From NCBI GenBank assembly GCA_043797085.1, contig JAZDQA010000004.1, positions 96,001 through 160,000 of the forward strand: a stretch of 64,000 nt of DNA, in the 5' to 3' direction. Each line of letters opens with the position of its first letter. Within the stretch, counting starts at the first letter, position 1. The notes under the pieces were generated by a model that worked only from the letters and a program-made list of their open reading frames with translations, was not told the origin of the DNA and did no database searches. This stretch comes from Pseudomonadota bacterium. GTDB lineage: Bacteria; Campylobacterota; Campylobacteria; Campylobacterales; Sulfurimonadaceae. The translations under genes were made by a program, and so were the position numbers. Shown one piece after another: positions 1 to 8,884 of the stretch.

Positions 1-1
1 A

Positions 2-601
2 TCAATAGCTGCTTTTATTTTCTTAATAGCATTAACAAATACGGCTTTTTCAGCTCCAAAAAACATTCATCTTAATGTGGGCATCAGTAATTTTAATTCT
101 GCTTCCTATACAAAAAAACTTCCTGTCTCAAAAAATACAATGGAATGCAATAGTGATGATGCAAAACAGTTTGTAGCGAGTATTTTTGAACGAGAGGGCA
201 ATACTCCGAGCTTTATCGGTGGCTATAAAATACTCAAAAAATCAGAGAATGTCAGCTACTGCTCTGTTTCATATAAAAATGCTGGAGATATTAGCAAACA
301 AACCTTTTGGATTATAAAAGAAGAGGATAAAATTTATTTTTATGATTATGAGTCTATGCCTGTCGCTTGCGACTGTGAAGAGGTACATGAATACATAAAA
401 GAAATAGCAGCGCGGAGAAAAATTACAATTGATGAACTTGGTGGCTTAGAGGAAAGTGAAACATTTAATGATACAACTTTATGCACCTTAGCCTACAAAG
501 CTTCTGATATGAATGATCTGGCTAAACTCAATTATTCTCTGTCACGGGATGAAGATTTCAACGTAGTTATGACAACTGAAGACAATGAGTTTGAAAATTA
601 A
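2..601 (+). CDS. Hypothetical exported protein, 5' end outside the window
   Basis: Frame is open from base 2 (SIAAFIFLIALTNTAFSAPK..., signal-peptide-like) into the ORF-track protein at 77; no family recognised. Confidence 0.6.
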   Translation, partial: SIAAFIFLIALTNTAFSAPKNIHLNVGISNFNSASYTKKLPVSKNTMECNSDDAKQFVASIFEREGNTPSFIGGYKILKKSENVSYCSVSYKNAGDISKQTFWIIKEEDKIYFYDYESMPVACDCEEVHEYIKEIAARRKITIDELGGLEESETFNDTTLCTLAYKASDMNDLAKLNYSLSRDEDFNVVMTTEDNEFEN

Positions 602-633
602 ACTATCGATAATATTTTATGAAAGAGGTATAC

Positions 634-1455
634 ATGACTCAATCAATTGAGATCATCTCATGGAACGTCAACGGCATCCGAGCCGTAGCCGAAAAGGGAG
701 CATTCGACTGGCTCGAAGAACGTCAGCCGCATATCCTCTGTCTCCAAGAGATCAAAGCCCTCCCGGAACAAATGCCGGATAATCTCTTCGCAAACCGCTA
801 TCCCAATATAAGTATTAACAGTGCTGTAAAAAAAGGGTATTCAGGAACATTGATCGCAAGTGACCTTGAACCTGTATATTCAGATACTTGTGCTGATATT
901 GATACCATGTGTGAAGGACGTATCGTCGAACATCATTATGGAGATATTGCTTTGTTCAATGTCTATTTTCCCAATGGACAAAAAGATGAAGAACGGCTCG
1001 CCTATAAACTGGAGTTTTATGACCGGTTCTTGGATTACTGTCAAAGCCTTCGAAGTGAGGGCAAAAAAATAATCATCTGTGGGGATGTCAACACAGCTCA
1101 CCGTCCTATTGATCTCAAAAATCCTAAATCGAATGAAAAGACATCGGGTTTCTTGCCGATTGAGCGTGCATGGATCGATAAGCTGATTGAGCATGGCTAC
1201 ATCGATACCTTCCGTCATATCCATGGAGATAAAGAGAATGAATACAGCTGGTGGTCGTATCGTTTTAGTGCACGCTCTAAAAACGTCGGATGGAGAATCG
1301 ATTACTTTTTTATCTCCGATGATTTAGCAGATTCTCTCGAAGACGCATTCATTCTTCAAGATATTACGGGATCGGATCATTGTCCGGTTGGAATACGGAT
1401 TAAGTTGATATATGAAAATCAGAACACTTTAGAGGAGGTAAAAACTCATGAATAA
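634..1455 (+). CDS. xth: Exodeoxyribonuclease III (AP endonuclease)
   Basis: SWNVNGIRA, LQEIK, GDVNTAH, YSWWSYR, GWRIDY, SDHCP motifs; start moved to ATG 634 after GAGG. Confidence 0.95.
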   Translation: MTQSIEIISWNVNGIRAVAEKGAFDWLEERQPHILCLQEIKALPEQMPDNLFANRYPNISINSAVKKGYSGTLIASDLEPVYSDTCADIDTMCEGRIVEHHYGDIALFNVYFPNGQKDEERLAYKLEFYDRFLDYCQSLRSEGKKIIICGDVNTAHRPIDLKNPKSNEKTSGFLPIERAWIDKLIEHGYIDTFRHIHGDKENEYSWWSYRFSARSKNVGWRIDYFFISDDLADSLEDAFILQDITGSDHCPVGIRIKLIYENQNTLEEVKTHE

Positions 1456-1987
1456 GGATAAAGCAGGCATTTTCTATATAACTTTTAGTTGCACGATATT
1501 TTCATTAAACCTTTATGCTAGTGATCTCAGTTCATTAGAACAAAAACAGTTTCTTGAAGCGCATAACCGATTCCGTAGTGAAGTACATGTTGGAGCGTTG
1601 ACATGGTCGGATGAGTTATCTCTTACTGCACAACAATGGGTTATAAAACTGCGTAATGAAAATCAGTGCAAACTGAAACACAGTGGTATACAGGGGATCG
1701 GTGAAAATTTATTTTGGGCAAGTCCTGTGTTTGTTTCCGATGGATCAACTTATCCGCAAAAAATTATACCCAATCAAGTCATCAGCGCATGGGGAGGCGA
1801 GAAGCAATATTATCATTATGAGAGCAATAAATGTGATGACAAGAAAACGTGTGGACACTATACCCAAGTTGTTTGGAAAGATAGTCAAAAAGTAGGGTGT
1901 GCAATGGTAGTATGTCCAGATAATGCTCAGATATGGAGTTGCAATTATTCACCAGCAGGCAATTACATTGGTCAGAAACCATATTAA
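1448..1987 (+). CDS. CAP (SCP/PR-1) domain secreted protein
   Basis: Signal peptide; HNRFR, GENLF, GHYTQVVW, CNYSPAGN motifs. Confidence 0.92.
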   Translation: MNKDKAGIFYITFSCTIFSLNLYASDLSSLEQKQFLEAHNRFRSEVHVGALTWSDELSLTAQQWVIKLRNENQCKLKHSGIQGIGENLFWASPVFVSDGSTYPQKIIPNQVISAWGGEKQYYHYESNKCDDKKTCGHYTQVVWKDSQKVGCAMVVCPDNAQIWSCNYSPAGNYIGQKPY

Positions 1988-2176
1988 ATAATTGTGTAAT
2001 AGTATTTGCTGTCGAGTGGCAATTAAGATTAGACTGGAAAATATTTATGGACATCATATTCAACTCAGCCAAATAGCATAGTATGATTACAATAAATATT
2101 CATACCAAATATGGTATGATTAAAACACTAATTCAACCCGTTTGAAAATAATCGATCCACAAAGGCAACACCTCAC

Positions 2177-3334
2177 ATGAAACGTTGGATATGGGAACAA
2201 GATGCTTATCCTCATTTTACCTATGATTTGAATACGCTTGAACAGTTGATTCAAGAGGTTTCACTGTCGCAAGGGTATCTGATCGCCATCACCCAAACGA
2301 TGGATCAAAACAATATCGCACAAAGACAACTCGAAGCGCTGATGAATGAAGCGATCAGCACCTCCGCAATCGAGGGAGAGATTCTCAATCGTGACAGTGT
2401 CAAAGCCTCTATCCAACGCAAGCTTGGGTTTACAGAGATAGACTCTTCAAAACGAGATATTTCGACCGATTATTTGATAGAAATACTTATCGATGCCAAT
2501 ACGAATTACGATCAAGATTTAACGCTTGAACGACTTTTTGGATGGCACAACGCTCTTTTTCCTCGTGGATATAGCGGTCTAAATAAGATCAACGTTGCCA
2601 CATTTAGAGGCGAAGAGGATATGGAGATTGTAGGCGGTGCCGCAGGAAAAGAGAAAACATTTTATCTAGCACCACCTAGAACGATGCTCGAAGAGGAGAT
2701 GAGTAGATATCTGCATTGGTTTAACGAAACGCCTGCAAGTTTGCTAAAGGCGTGTATCGCCCATCTATGGTTTGTTATTATTCACCCTTTTGATGATGGT
2801 AACGGTCGTATTGCCCGTGCCATCACCGATTTGGTTTTATCAAAAATAGAAAAATCGACCGTGTCGAGACTCTATTCGATGTCAAGTGCAATTAACAGTG
2901 ATCGCAAGGGGTATTACCGTGCGTTGGAACAGACAACGGGGTATGTCAGAAAAGAGACCAACCATATGAATATTACCATTTGGTGTAAATGGTTCCTCTC
3001 GACATTGAATACTGCATTGAGTGATACTAAAAAAAAGCTGGGATATATTGTCCAAAAAACGACGTTTTGGGATAAGTATAGAAATTATGATCTAAATCCA
3101 AGACAAACTAAAGTGCTTAATAAAATCCTCGATATGGGAGTTGAAAACTTTCAAGGCTCTTTGAGCAAAAAAAAATATATGACAATAGCAGACTCTGCAT
3201 CCACCACTGCCTCAAGAGATATTACACAGTTACTCGAAATAGGGTGTATCCGTCAAATTGAGGGGACGAATGGGAGAAATGTACGTTATGAGATTGTTTT
3301 TAGAACTGCTCCATGTGGTGTAGAGGAACAGTAG
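2177..3334 (+). CDS. Fic family protein (DUF4172-type N-terminus, C-terminal HTH)
   Basis: Fic motif HPFDDGNGRIAR; TSAIEGE inhibitory-type motif; WIWEQ..YPHF N-terminus; TASRDI HTH. Confidence 0.92.
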   Translation: MKRWIWEQDAYPHFTYDLNTLEQLIQEVSLSQGYLIAITQTMDQNNIAQRQLEALMNEAISTSAIEGEILNRDSVKASIQRKLGFTEIDSSKRDISTDYLIEILIDANTNYDQDLTLERLFGWHNALFPRGYSGLNKINVATFRGEEDMEIVGGAAGKEKTFYLAPPRTMLEEEMSRYLHWFNETPASLLKACIAHLWFVIIHPFDDGNGRIARAITDLVLSKIEKSTVSRLYSMSSAINSDRKGYYRALEQTTGYVRKETNHMNITIWCKWFLSTLNTALSDTKKKLGYIVQKTTFWDKYRNYDLNPRQTKVLNKILDMGVENFQGSLSKKKYMTIADSASTTASRDITQLLEIGCIRQIEGTNGRNVRYEIVFRTAPCGVEEQ

Positions 3335-3403
3335 ACAGACAGCAAGTCGGCTATAAACAAAAAATTTAAGGAGATCGTGTTTGTGTGATGCTGTCTGTCT
3401 ACT
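3330..3403. repeat. 15-bp perfect inverted repeat with 44-nt spacer
   Basis: AGTAGACAGACAGCA (3330-3344) / TGCTGTCTGTCTACT (3389-3403). Confidence 0.8.
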
Positions 3404-3429
3404 ATGCCCAAAAGGGCAGAGTGTCGAAA

Positions 3430-3729
3430 TTATTTAGCGATATAAGCGGCGATAGAAGTGATTTGAGCATCACTAAGCGTTGCTGCTTGTCCTTTCATGA
3501 CCGCTTTCATCGGTCCGCCGTAGGTTCCAGCTTTGTACCCTTTGAGTGCGGTGATAATACCTGCAGCTCCCATATCTTTTATGATTTTACTTTTCCCAAG
3601 TGCCACTTTTTCACCTGCGGCACCGTGACACGCTGCACATTTTTTGTACAAATCTGCACCTTCATCTGCCATAACACTAACACTGCCAAGCCCTAATAAG
3701 GCAACGAATACCAAAATACTTTTTTTCAT
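3430..3729 (-). CDS. Periplasmic monoheme cytochrome c553
   Basis: Signal peptide, CAACHG, YGGPMKAVM distal Met. Confidence 0.93.
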   Translation of the reverse strand: MKKSILVFVALLGLGSVSVMADEGADLYKKCAACHGAAGEKVALGKSKIIKDMGAAGIITALKGYKAGTYGGPMKAVMKGQAATLSDAQITSIAAYIAK

Positions 3730-3785
3730 AGTTAAACCCCTGGATAAAGATGTTAATATTATAAAAGATTATGAAATAAATTGCT

Positions 3786-3799
3786 TTGATGCAGGTCAA
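3786..3799 (-). promoter_or_regulatory. Fnr/Dnr-type box for cytochrome c553
   Basis: TTGATGCAGGTCAA, 22 bp from minus-strand TATAAT (3758-3763). Confidence 0.8.
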
Positions 3800-3805
3800 G
3801 AGCCG

Positions 3806-4471
3806 TTACGATCGTAGGGTTATATGCGGGGCTAGTCTTTCATAGTCAACACGACGATTTGATGATGAAAGGTTTCCTATCGTTTTCATTCCCCCTTGAA
3901 AAATCTGTACGTAATATTCGCGATTATATCCCCTACGCTTTAAGATCTTTGCCATGGTGATAATATCTTCTTCGTCTAGCAATTCTGGATGAAATGTTGT
4001 TCGTACTTCAAAATCAATGCCACTATGATGAAGTATTTTAAAACTCTCCCAAAAACGTTTTTCGCTTCCGCCACCGCAGATTTCCCCCATTTTTGCTTCA
4101 GGGGCTTTGTAGTCTAGGGCAATATAATCAATAAGTTTGTTGTCGATTAGCACTTTAATCACATCAGGACGCATACCGTTGGTGTCGAGTTTGATTTTAT
4201 ATCCCAGTGTTTTTATAGAACGACAAAAAGCCAGAAGATGAGGGTAGGTCGTGCATTCGCCGCCACTAAGTACGACGCCTTCCAGCAGTCCTTGGCGACG
4301 GCGTAAAAAAGCAAGCGCTTCCTCTTCATCTATATGTGCAGTACCGAATACAATATCAGGATTGTAGCAGTAAACGCATCGCAGATTGCACCCTGCAAAC
4401 CAAAAAATAGCCGCAGGAGTGTCGGGGAAATCGAGAAGGGTAAACGGGGTGATGTCGTAGAGTGCTTTCAT
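3806..4471 (-). CDS. nrdG: Anaerobic ribonucleotide reductase activating enzyme (radical SAM)
   Basis: GCNLRCVYCYNP, SGGE, DTNG; downstream of nrdD. Confidence 0.92.
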   Translation of the reverse strand: MKALYDITPFTLLDFPDTPAAIFWFAGCNLRCVYCYNPDIVFGTAHIDEEEALAFLRRRQGLLEGVVLSGGECTTYPHLLAFCRSIKTLGYKIKLDTNGMRPDVIKVLIDNKLIDYIALDYKAPEAKMGEICGGGSEKRFWESFKILHHSGIDFEVRTTFHPELLDEEDIITMAKILKRRGYNREYYVQIFQGGMKTIGNLSSSNRRVDYERLAPHITLRS

Positions 4472-4475
4472 GTTT

Positions 4476-4562
4476 CGTCATCCTCGGGCTTGACCCGGGG
4501 ATCCATCCCCTTTTTCATTCACAAAAATACTAAGCTGGATTCCCGCCTACGCGGGAATGACA
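4476..4562. repeat. Inverted pair of GTCAT-type REP-like palindromes
   Basis: CGTCATCCTCGGGCTTGACCCGGGGATCCA (4476-4505) and TGGATTCCCGCCTACGCGGGAATGACA (4536-4562); GC-rich hairpins in AT-rich DNA. Confidence 0.75.
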
Positions 4563-4587
4563 GAGTGCTATAGGAAATAATATCTTG

Positions 4588-4752
4588 CTAGCTGGCTTTT
4601 AAACACTCTTTAAAATACATTCGATCTTTATGCTCTTGTTTTTTTCCGATATTAAAACTCTCGACGGGGCGATGATACCCCATCACTCTTGTGTACACCA
4701 TACAACGTGTTCGTTTGCTTTCTTGGCTTTTCAGCACCATTTCTGTATTCAT
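4588..4752 (-). CDS. Stand-alone NrdD glycyl-radical domain (54 aa; not in ORF track)
   Basis: MNTEMVLKSQESKRTRCMVYTRVMGYHRPVESFNIGKKQEHKDRMYFKECLKAS*; RVxGY loop; ATGA overlap with nrdD stop; GGAGG RBS. Confidence 0.9.
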   Translation of the reverse strand: MNTEMVLKSQESKRTRCMVYTRVMGYHRPVESFNIGKKQEHKDRMYFKECLKAS

Positions 4753-6851
4753 GCAACCTCCTTGGATAAGATTAATTCGTCACATTTCGGGCAAAACTCA
4801 TGTTCGCCGTGTAGATAGCCGTGCATCGGACACACAGAAAAAAGCGGTGTGATGGTGATATAGGGCAATCGGTGATGAGTTAAGACATTTTTGACCATCC
4901 GTCTACATGCTTCGATGGTTCCGATGCGCTCACTCATATAGAGATGCAACACCGTTCCCCCTGTATATTTACACTGAAGTTCGTCTTGGAGTTCCAGTGC
5001 CTCAAAGGGGTCGTCGGTATAGGCAACTGGGATTTGGGAGCTGTTGGTGTAATAAATGTTGTCACCTTCTCCTGCTTGTAAAATGTCGGGATAACGTTTT
5101 TTATCCTCTTTGGCAAAACGATACGTCGTCCCCTCGGCGGGTGTTGCTTCCAGATTGTACAAATTACCGCTGCGCTCTTGATAACCTCGGATGATATTAC
5201 GCATTTTTTCTAAAATATCCAGTGAAAACTCCACTCCCCATGCAGTGGATAAATCCTCTGTATCACCGCTAAAATTACGAACCATTTCGTTCATCCCGTT
5301 GACTCCGATGGTGGAAAAATGGTTATTGAATCCTTTTAAATAGCGTGCAGTATAAGGATAAAGTCCCCGCTCGAACATCTCGTTTACAAAGACTCGCTTT
5401 TTCTCCAGCGTTGAATAGGCAATTTCCATTAGCACATCCAGTGCCTCAAAAAACCGATCTTTATCTCCCGTGTACAAATAGCCTAAGCGTGCCATATTGA
5501 TGGTAACGACGCCGATGCTTCCCGTCATTTCGGCACTGCCGAACAGTCCATTTCCACGCTTTAGAAGTTCTCGCAAATCAAGCTGTAAGCGACAGCACAT
5601 ACTGCGTACCGCTCCCGGTTTATATGCATTGGGGTTTTCTATTTTATTTCCATTTTCATCTTTTAGATATTGGCTGCCGATAAAGTTTTGAAAATAGCTC
5701 GAACCGATTTTGGCAGTGTTTTCGAACAAAATATCGGTGTTTTCACCGTACCAGTCGAAATCTTCGGTGATATTGACCGTGGGGATTGGGAACGTAAAGG
5801 GCTGTCCGCCACTGTCGCCCTCGGTCATAATCTCATAGTAGGCTTTGTTAATAACGTTCATCTCTGCTTGAAAGTCACCGTATGTCAGGGCTTCGAGAGA
5901 ATGTTTTCCTCTCTCAAATAACTTGCGTTGATGATGTGCGGTTGCACTGATTTGCGAAAAAAGATGGTGATCATTATAGGTGGGAATTTGCCCCGCTAAA
6001 TCCTCAGGAACAACCCAGTCGAGGGTAATATTCGTAAAAGGAGATTGTCCCCAGCGGGCTGGGACGTTGAGATTGTAGACAAAACTTCGTATCGCTTTTT
6101 TCACATCATCCGCACTCAAAGCATCGATAAATACATAAGGAGCCAAATAGGTATCGAATGAGCTAAATGCTTGAGCTCCTGCCCATTCGGATTGCAGTAT
6201 TCCTAAAAAATTTGCCATTTGTCCCAATGCTTCACGCAAATGACGGGGAGGTGCGCTCTCAACACGTCCTCGAACGCCGTTAAACCCTTCGTTGAGCAAT
6301 GCACGTAAACTCCATCCGGCACAATATCCCGTCAGACAATCAAGATCGTGGATATGGATATCACCATTGCGATGAGCCGCTCCCTCTTGGGGTGAGTAGA
6401 TGGTATCGAGCCAAAAGTTTGCAACTACTTTTCCTGCTAGATTGTTGATAAGTCCTGCATTGGAATATCCTGTATTGGCATTGGCATTGATGCGCCAGTC
6501 CGTTTTATAGATGTATTCCTGAACGCTTTGGGTGGAGTTTACGAATGTGGTGTCGGGTAATAAACCTGCGACGTGTTCACGCTGCATTTTGTGTAAAAAT
6601 CGGTAAGTGATAAACGATTTCATCACCGTAAACTCACCCGAATTATGGAGCTCTTCTTCGATGATGTCTTGAATCTCTTCTACATTCCAAAGAGGCTTGG
6701 TCTCTAATCTCTCTAAAAGACATTTTAGTGCGATTTGATTGTAGGGGCGTGAGACACTTTCAAACCCTTTTTTGATTGCATCTACAATCTTATAGAGATG
6801 AAAGAGTTCTGTTGATCCATCGCGTTTACAAACACGTCTAGCTACCCCCAT
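4749..6851 (-). CDS. nrdD: Class III (anaerobic) ribonucleoside-triphosphate reductase, catalytic chain lacking the Gly-radical tail
   Basis: N-terminal ATP cone, HIHDLD, SMCCRL finger loop, EATPAEG, C-terminal C..HGY...CPKC. Confidence 0.95.
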   Translation of the reverse strand: MGVARRVCKRDGSTELFHLYKIVDAIKKGFESVSRPYNQIALKCLLERLETKPLWNVEEIQDIIEEELHNSGEFTVMKSFITYRFLHKMQREHVAGLLPDTTFVNSTQSVQEYIYKTDWRINANANTGYSNAGLINNLAGKVVANFWLDTIYSPQEGAAHRNGDIHIHDLDCLTGYCAGWSLRALLNEGFNGVRGRVESAPPRHLREALGQMANFLGILQSEWAGAQAFSSFDTYLAPYVFIDALSADDVKKAIRSFVYNLNVPARWGQSPFTNITLDWVVPEDLAGQIPTYNDHHLFSQISATAHHQRKLFERGKHSLEALTYGDFQAEMNVINKAYYEIMTEGDSGGQPFTFPIPTVNITEDFDWYGENTDILFENTAKIGSSYFQNFIGSQYLKDENGNKIENPNAYKPGAVRSMCCRLQLDLRELLKRGNGLFGSAEMTGSIGVVTINMARLGYLYTGDKDRFFEALDVLMEIAYSTLEKKRVFVNEMFERGLYPYTARYLKGFNNHFSTIGVNGMNEMVRNFSGDTEDLSTAWGVEFSLDILEKMRNIIRGYQERSGNLYNLEATPAEGTTYRFAKEDKKRYPDILQAGEGDNIYYTNSSQIPVAYTDDPFEALELQDELQCKYTGGTVLHLYMSERIGTIEACRRMVKNVLTHHRLPYITITPLFSVCPMHGYLHGEHEFCPKCDELILSKEVA

Positions 6852-6936
6852 TGTTGTTCCTTTTTTTAGAATTTATATCCGGCTTAACGCCGTATTTTTA
6901 GATAGTTAATTGTAATGGATTTGGGGATTAATGTCT

Positions 6937-6950
6937 TTGACTTGGGTCAA
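6937..6950 (-). promoter_or_regulatory. Fnr/Dnr-type box for nrdD
   Basis: TTGACTTGGGTCAA, 22 bp from TACAAT (6909-6914). Confidence 0.82.
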
Positions 6951-7046
6951 TATATCGAAGAAATACGTTGATTTATAGTGAGATATAAAAAGAGTTTAAG
7001 TGCGCTGGAATGACGAGTTCCAGCACGAAAGTTTTAGTTAAGAAGA

Positions 7047-7068
7047 ATAAAAAAGGCCCGAAGGCCCT
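7047..7068 (-). terminator. Intrinsic terminator of the porin gene
   Basis: Minus strand AGGGCC-TTCG-GGCCTT followed by a T tract. Confidence 0.75.
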
Positions 7069-7080
7069 GAGGAGAAAGTA

Positions 7081-8424
7081 TTAGAATTTTAAAGAAGCGA
7101 TAACACGGAAAGTATCCGTAGTTTTGTCATTATTATCATTAGCTTTAACATCTTTATCAAACTGAGTATAGATAGCGGTTAAATCAACAGCTCCAACTTT
7201 TGTAGCTGCGGTAACATCCCATGCAGTAAAGTCTGTATTTTGAGTACTAAGACCTGCTACTAAACCTGCTGTTCCACCATTGTTACCAGTCTCTGCTTGT
7301 GCATAACTAGCTGACAATGCAACACCTGGAACCATCTTAGTAGAAGCACCGATTTTCCATGCATCTGTATCCGGTGCTGCTGCAATCTCGCCATCCATAT
7401 AGATACTACCTAAAGTAGTATACACACTTGATTTATCACCTGTTGCAACGTTCGCAAAACCTAAAGTACCGGCACTAACTGTTGAATATGCTGCATAAAG
7501 ATTTACACCTGCAATATCAACCGCAGCTTTAAGTGCAAATACATCAGTATTTCTATCAGCTGCACCTGTTCCAACATCTGGCATCATGCCTGCGTATTGA
7601 ACACCGATATTAACCATGTCGATAACTTTTGTGTCTGCTTGCAACCAGTATGCATCCGCAACTTGAACAACATCATAATACCATGCTTGTACAGTTGTAT
7701 TTGGAAGTGATTTATTGACAGCTGCAAATGCATACGCGCCATCGGTTGCGAATGTACTAAAAGTACCATCTTTTGCGACGGTTGTATTACGACCAGTTAC
7801 GAGAGGTCCTGCAGCATCTGGATCACCCAATAAACCAACACCATTATGCTTTCCAACCCATGCAGCTACCAACGTTGTATTAGGAAGGTCATTATTTAAC
7901 AATACTGCCGCTTCAAACGTGTTATCTACAACGTTCCATGTTTCTGTAAATGCAAGTGGAGTATTCAATGCTTGACGACCGATTTTAGCCGTAGTTTTTC
8001 CAGCAGTGTAAGCCAAATACGCTTCTTCTACCCATGCTTGGTCATTCAATGATGACATATCACCACCAACAGCTGTATTTTGATAATTTGTACCATCTGC
8101 ACCAACTTTAGCCGTTGTAGTCGATCCAACCAAATTATTTTCAAGACCAAGCGTAGAAATAGCTGTTACTTTTACCCCAGCGCTAAGATTTTGCAGCAAA
8201 TCAGCTGTAGCACCAACGCTTAATTTCACATCAGCGGATGAGTTAGCAGTATTGTCAAAAAAGCCTTGTGCAGCTGTTGCAGCAGGAACAGCTGTAGCTC
8301 CTCCAGAATACTCAGATGTCTGATACCAAAGCTTTGCCTCACCATTTACTTTTACGTTATCAATCGCGAACGCACTTGTTCCCAATGCCATTACGGCTAC
8401 TAGACTTAATTTTACGAGTTTCAT
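7081..8424 (-). CDS. Outer membrane porin (Campylobacterota MOMP/OprD-like)
   Basis: MKLVKLSL signal peptide, EAYL/KIGRQ.L.TP/FEAAVL motifs, C-terminal Phe. Confidence 0.88.
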   Translation of the reverse strand: MKLVKLSLVAVMALGTSAFAIDNVKVNGEAKLWYQTSEYSGGATAVPAATAAQGFFDNTANSSADVKLSVGATADLLQNLSAGVKVTAISTLGLENNLVGSTTTAKVGADGTNYQNTAVGGDMSSLNDQAWVEEAYLAYTAGKTTAKIGRQALNTPLAFTETWNVVDNTFEAAVLLNNDLPNTTLVAAWVGKHNGVGLLGDPDAAGPLVTGRNTTVAKDGTFSTFATDGAYAFAAVNKSLPNTTVQAWYYDVVQVADAYWLQADTKVIDMVNIGVQYAGMMPDVGTGAADRNTDVFALKAAVDIAGVNLYAAYSTVSAGTLGFANVATGDKSSVYTTLGSIYMDGEIAAAPDTDAWKIGASTKMVPGVALSASYAQAETGNNGGTAGLVAGLSTQNTDFTAWDVTAATKVGAVDLTAIYTQFDKDVKANDNNDKTTDTFRVIASLKF

Positions 8425-8498
8425 ATTTTTCCTTTAAGTTCAAGTTGATCTTTGAGAGATCAATGGTTTATTGTAAGACAAACAGATTCTGCATGTCA

Positions 8499-8512
8499 TT
8501 GACTTAGGTCAA
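8499..8512 (-). promoter_or_regulatory. Fnr/Dnr-type box for the porin
   Basis: TTGACTTAGGTCAA, 23 bp from TACAAT (8470-8475). Confidence 0.8.
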
Positions 8513-8521
8513 TAAGGTATT

Positions 8522-8884
8522 TTAAAATCGATCTTTGAGATCGCCGTTGTATTTAATATCGCGCTTTGTAGCGTTTTCATCGTTTAGCCACTCGGGTAAA
8601 GCGTCGCCTACTGCTTCAAGCTTATCACGCTCGGCATTGAGCTCATCTTCACTGTAAGCGAATGACATATCTGCAGAAATAATGTGATCCATAAACTGAA
8701 TTCTTGTAAGTTTTTGAATCTCTTCTTCGACGCCTTCACCTTCAATGGTGACAATAATGCGCCCTTTTTCATCGTGAAAATGATAATCACAAAAATCAGA
8801 AGATTTAAAAATTTCGACTACTTCTTCGGTAAAATTTGGGTTGGTTTGCACCACAATGCTTGAAATATTCACGGTATTCTCCAA
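8522..8884 (-). CDS. napD: NapA chaperone
   Basis: NISSIVV..GRIIVTIEG; last gene of the nap operon. Confidence 0.9.
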   Translation of the reverse strand: MENTVNISSIVVQTNPNFTEEVVEIFKSSDFCDYHFHDEKGRIIVTIEGEGVEEEIQKLTRIQFMDHIISADMSFAYSEDELNAERDKLEAVGDALPEWLNDENATKRDIKYNGDLKDRF

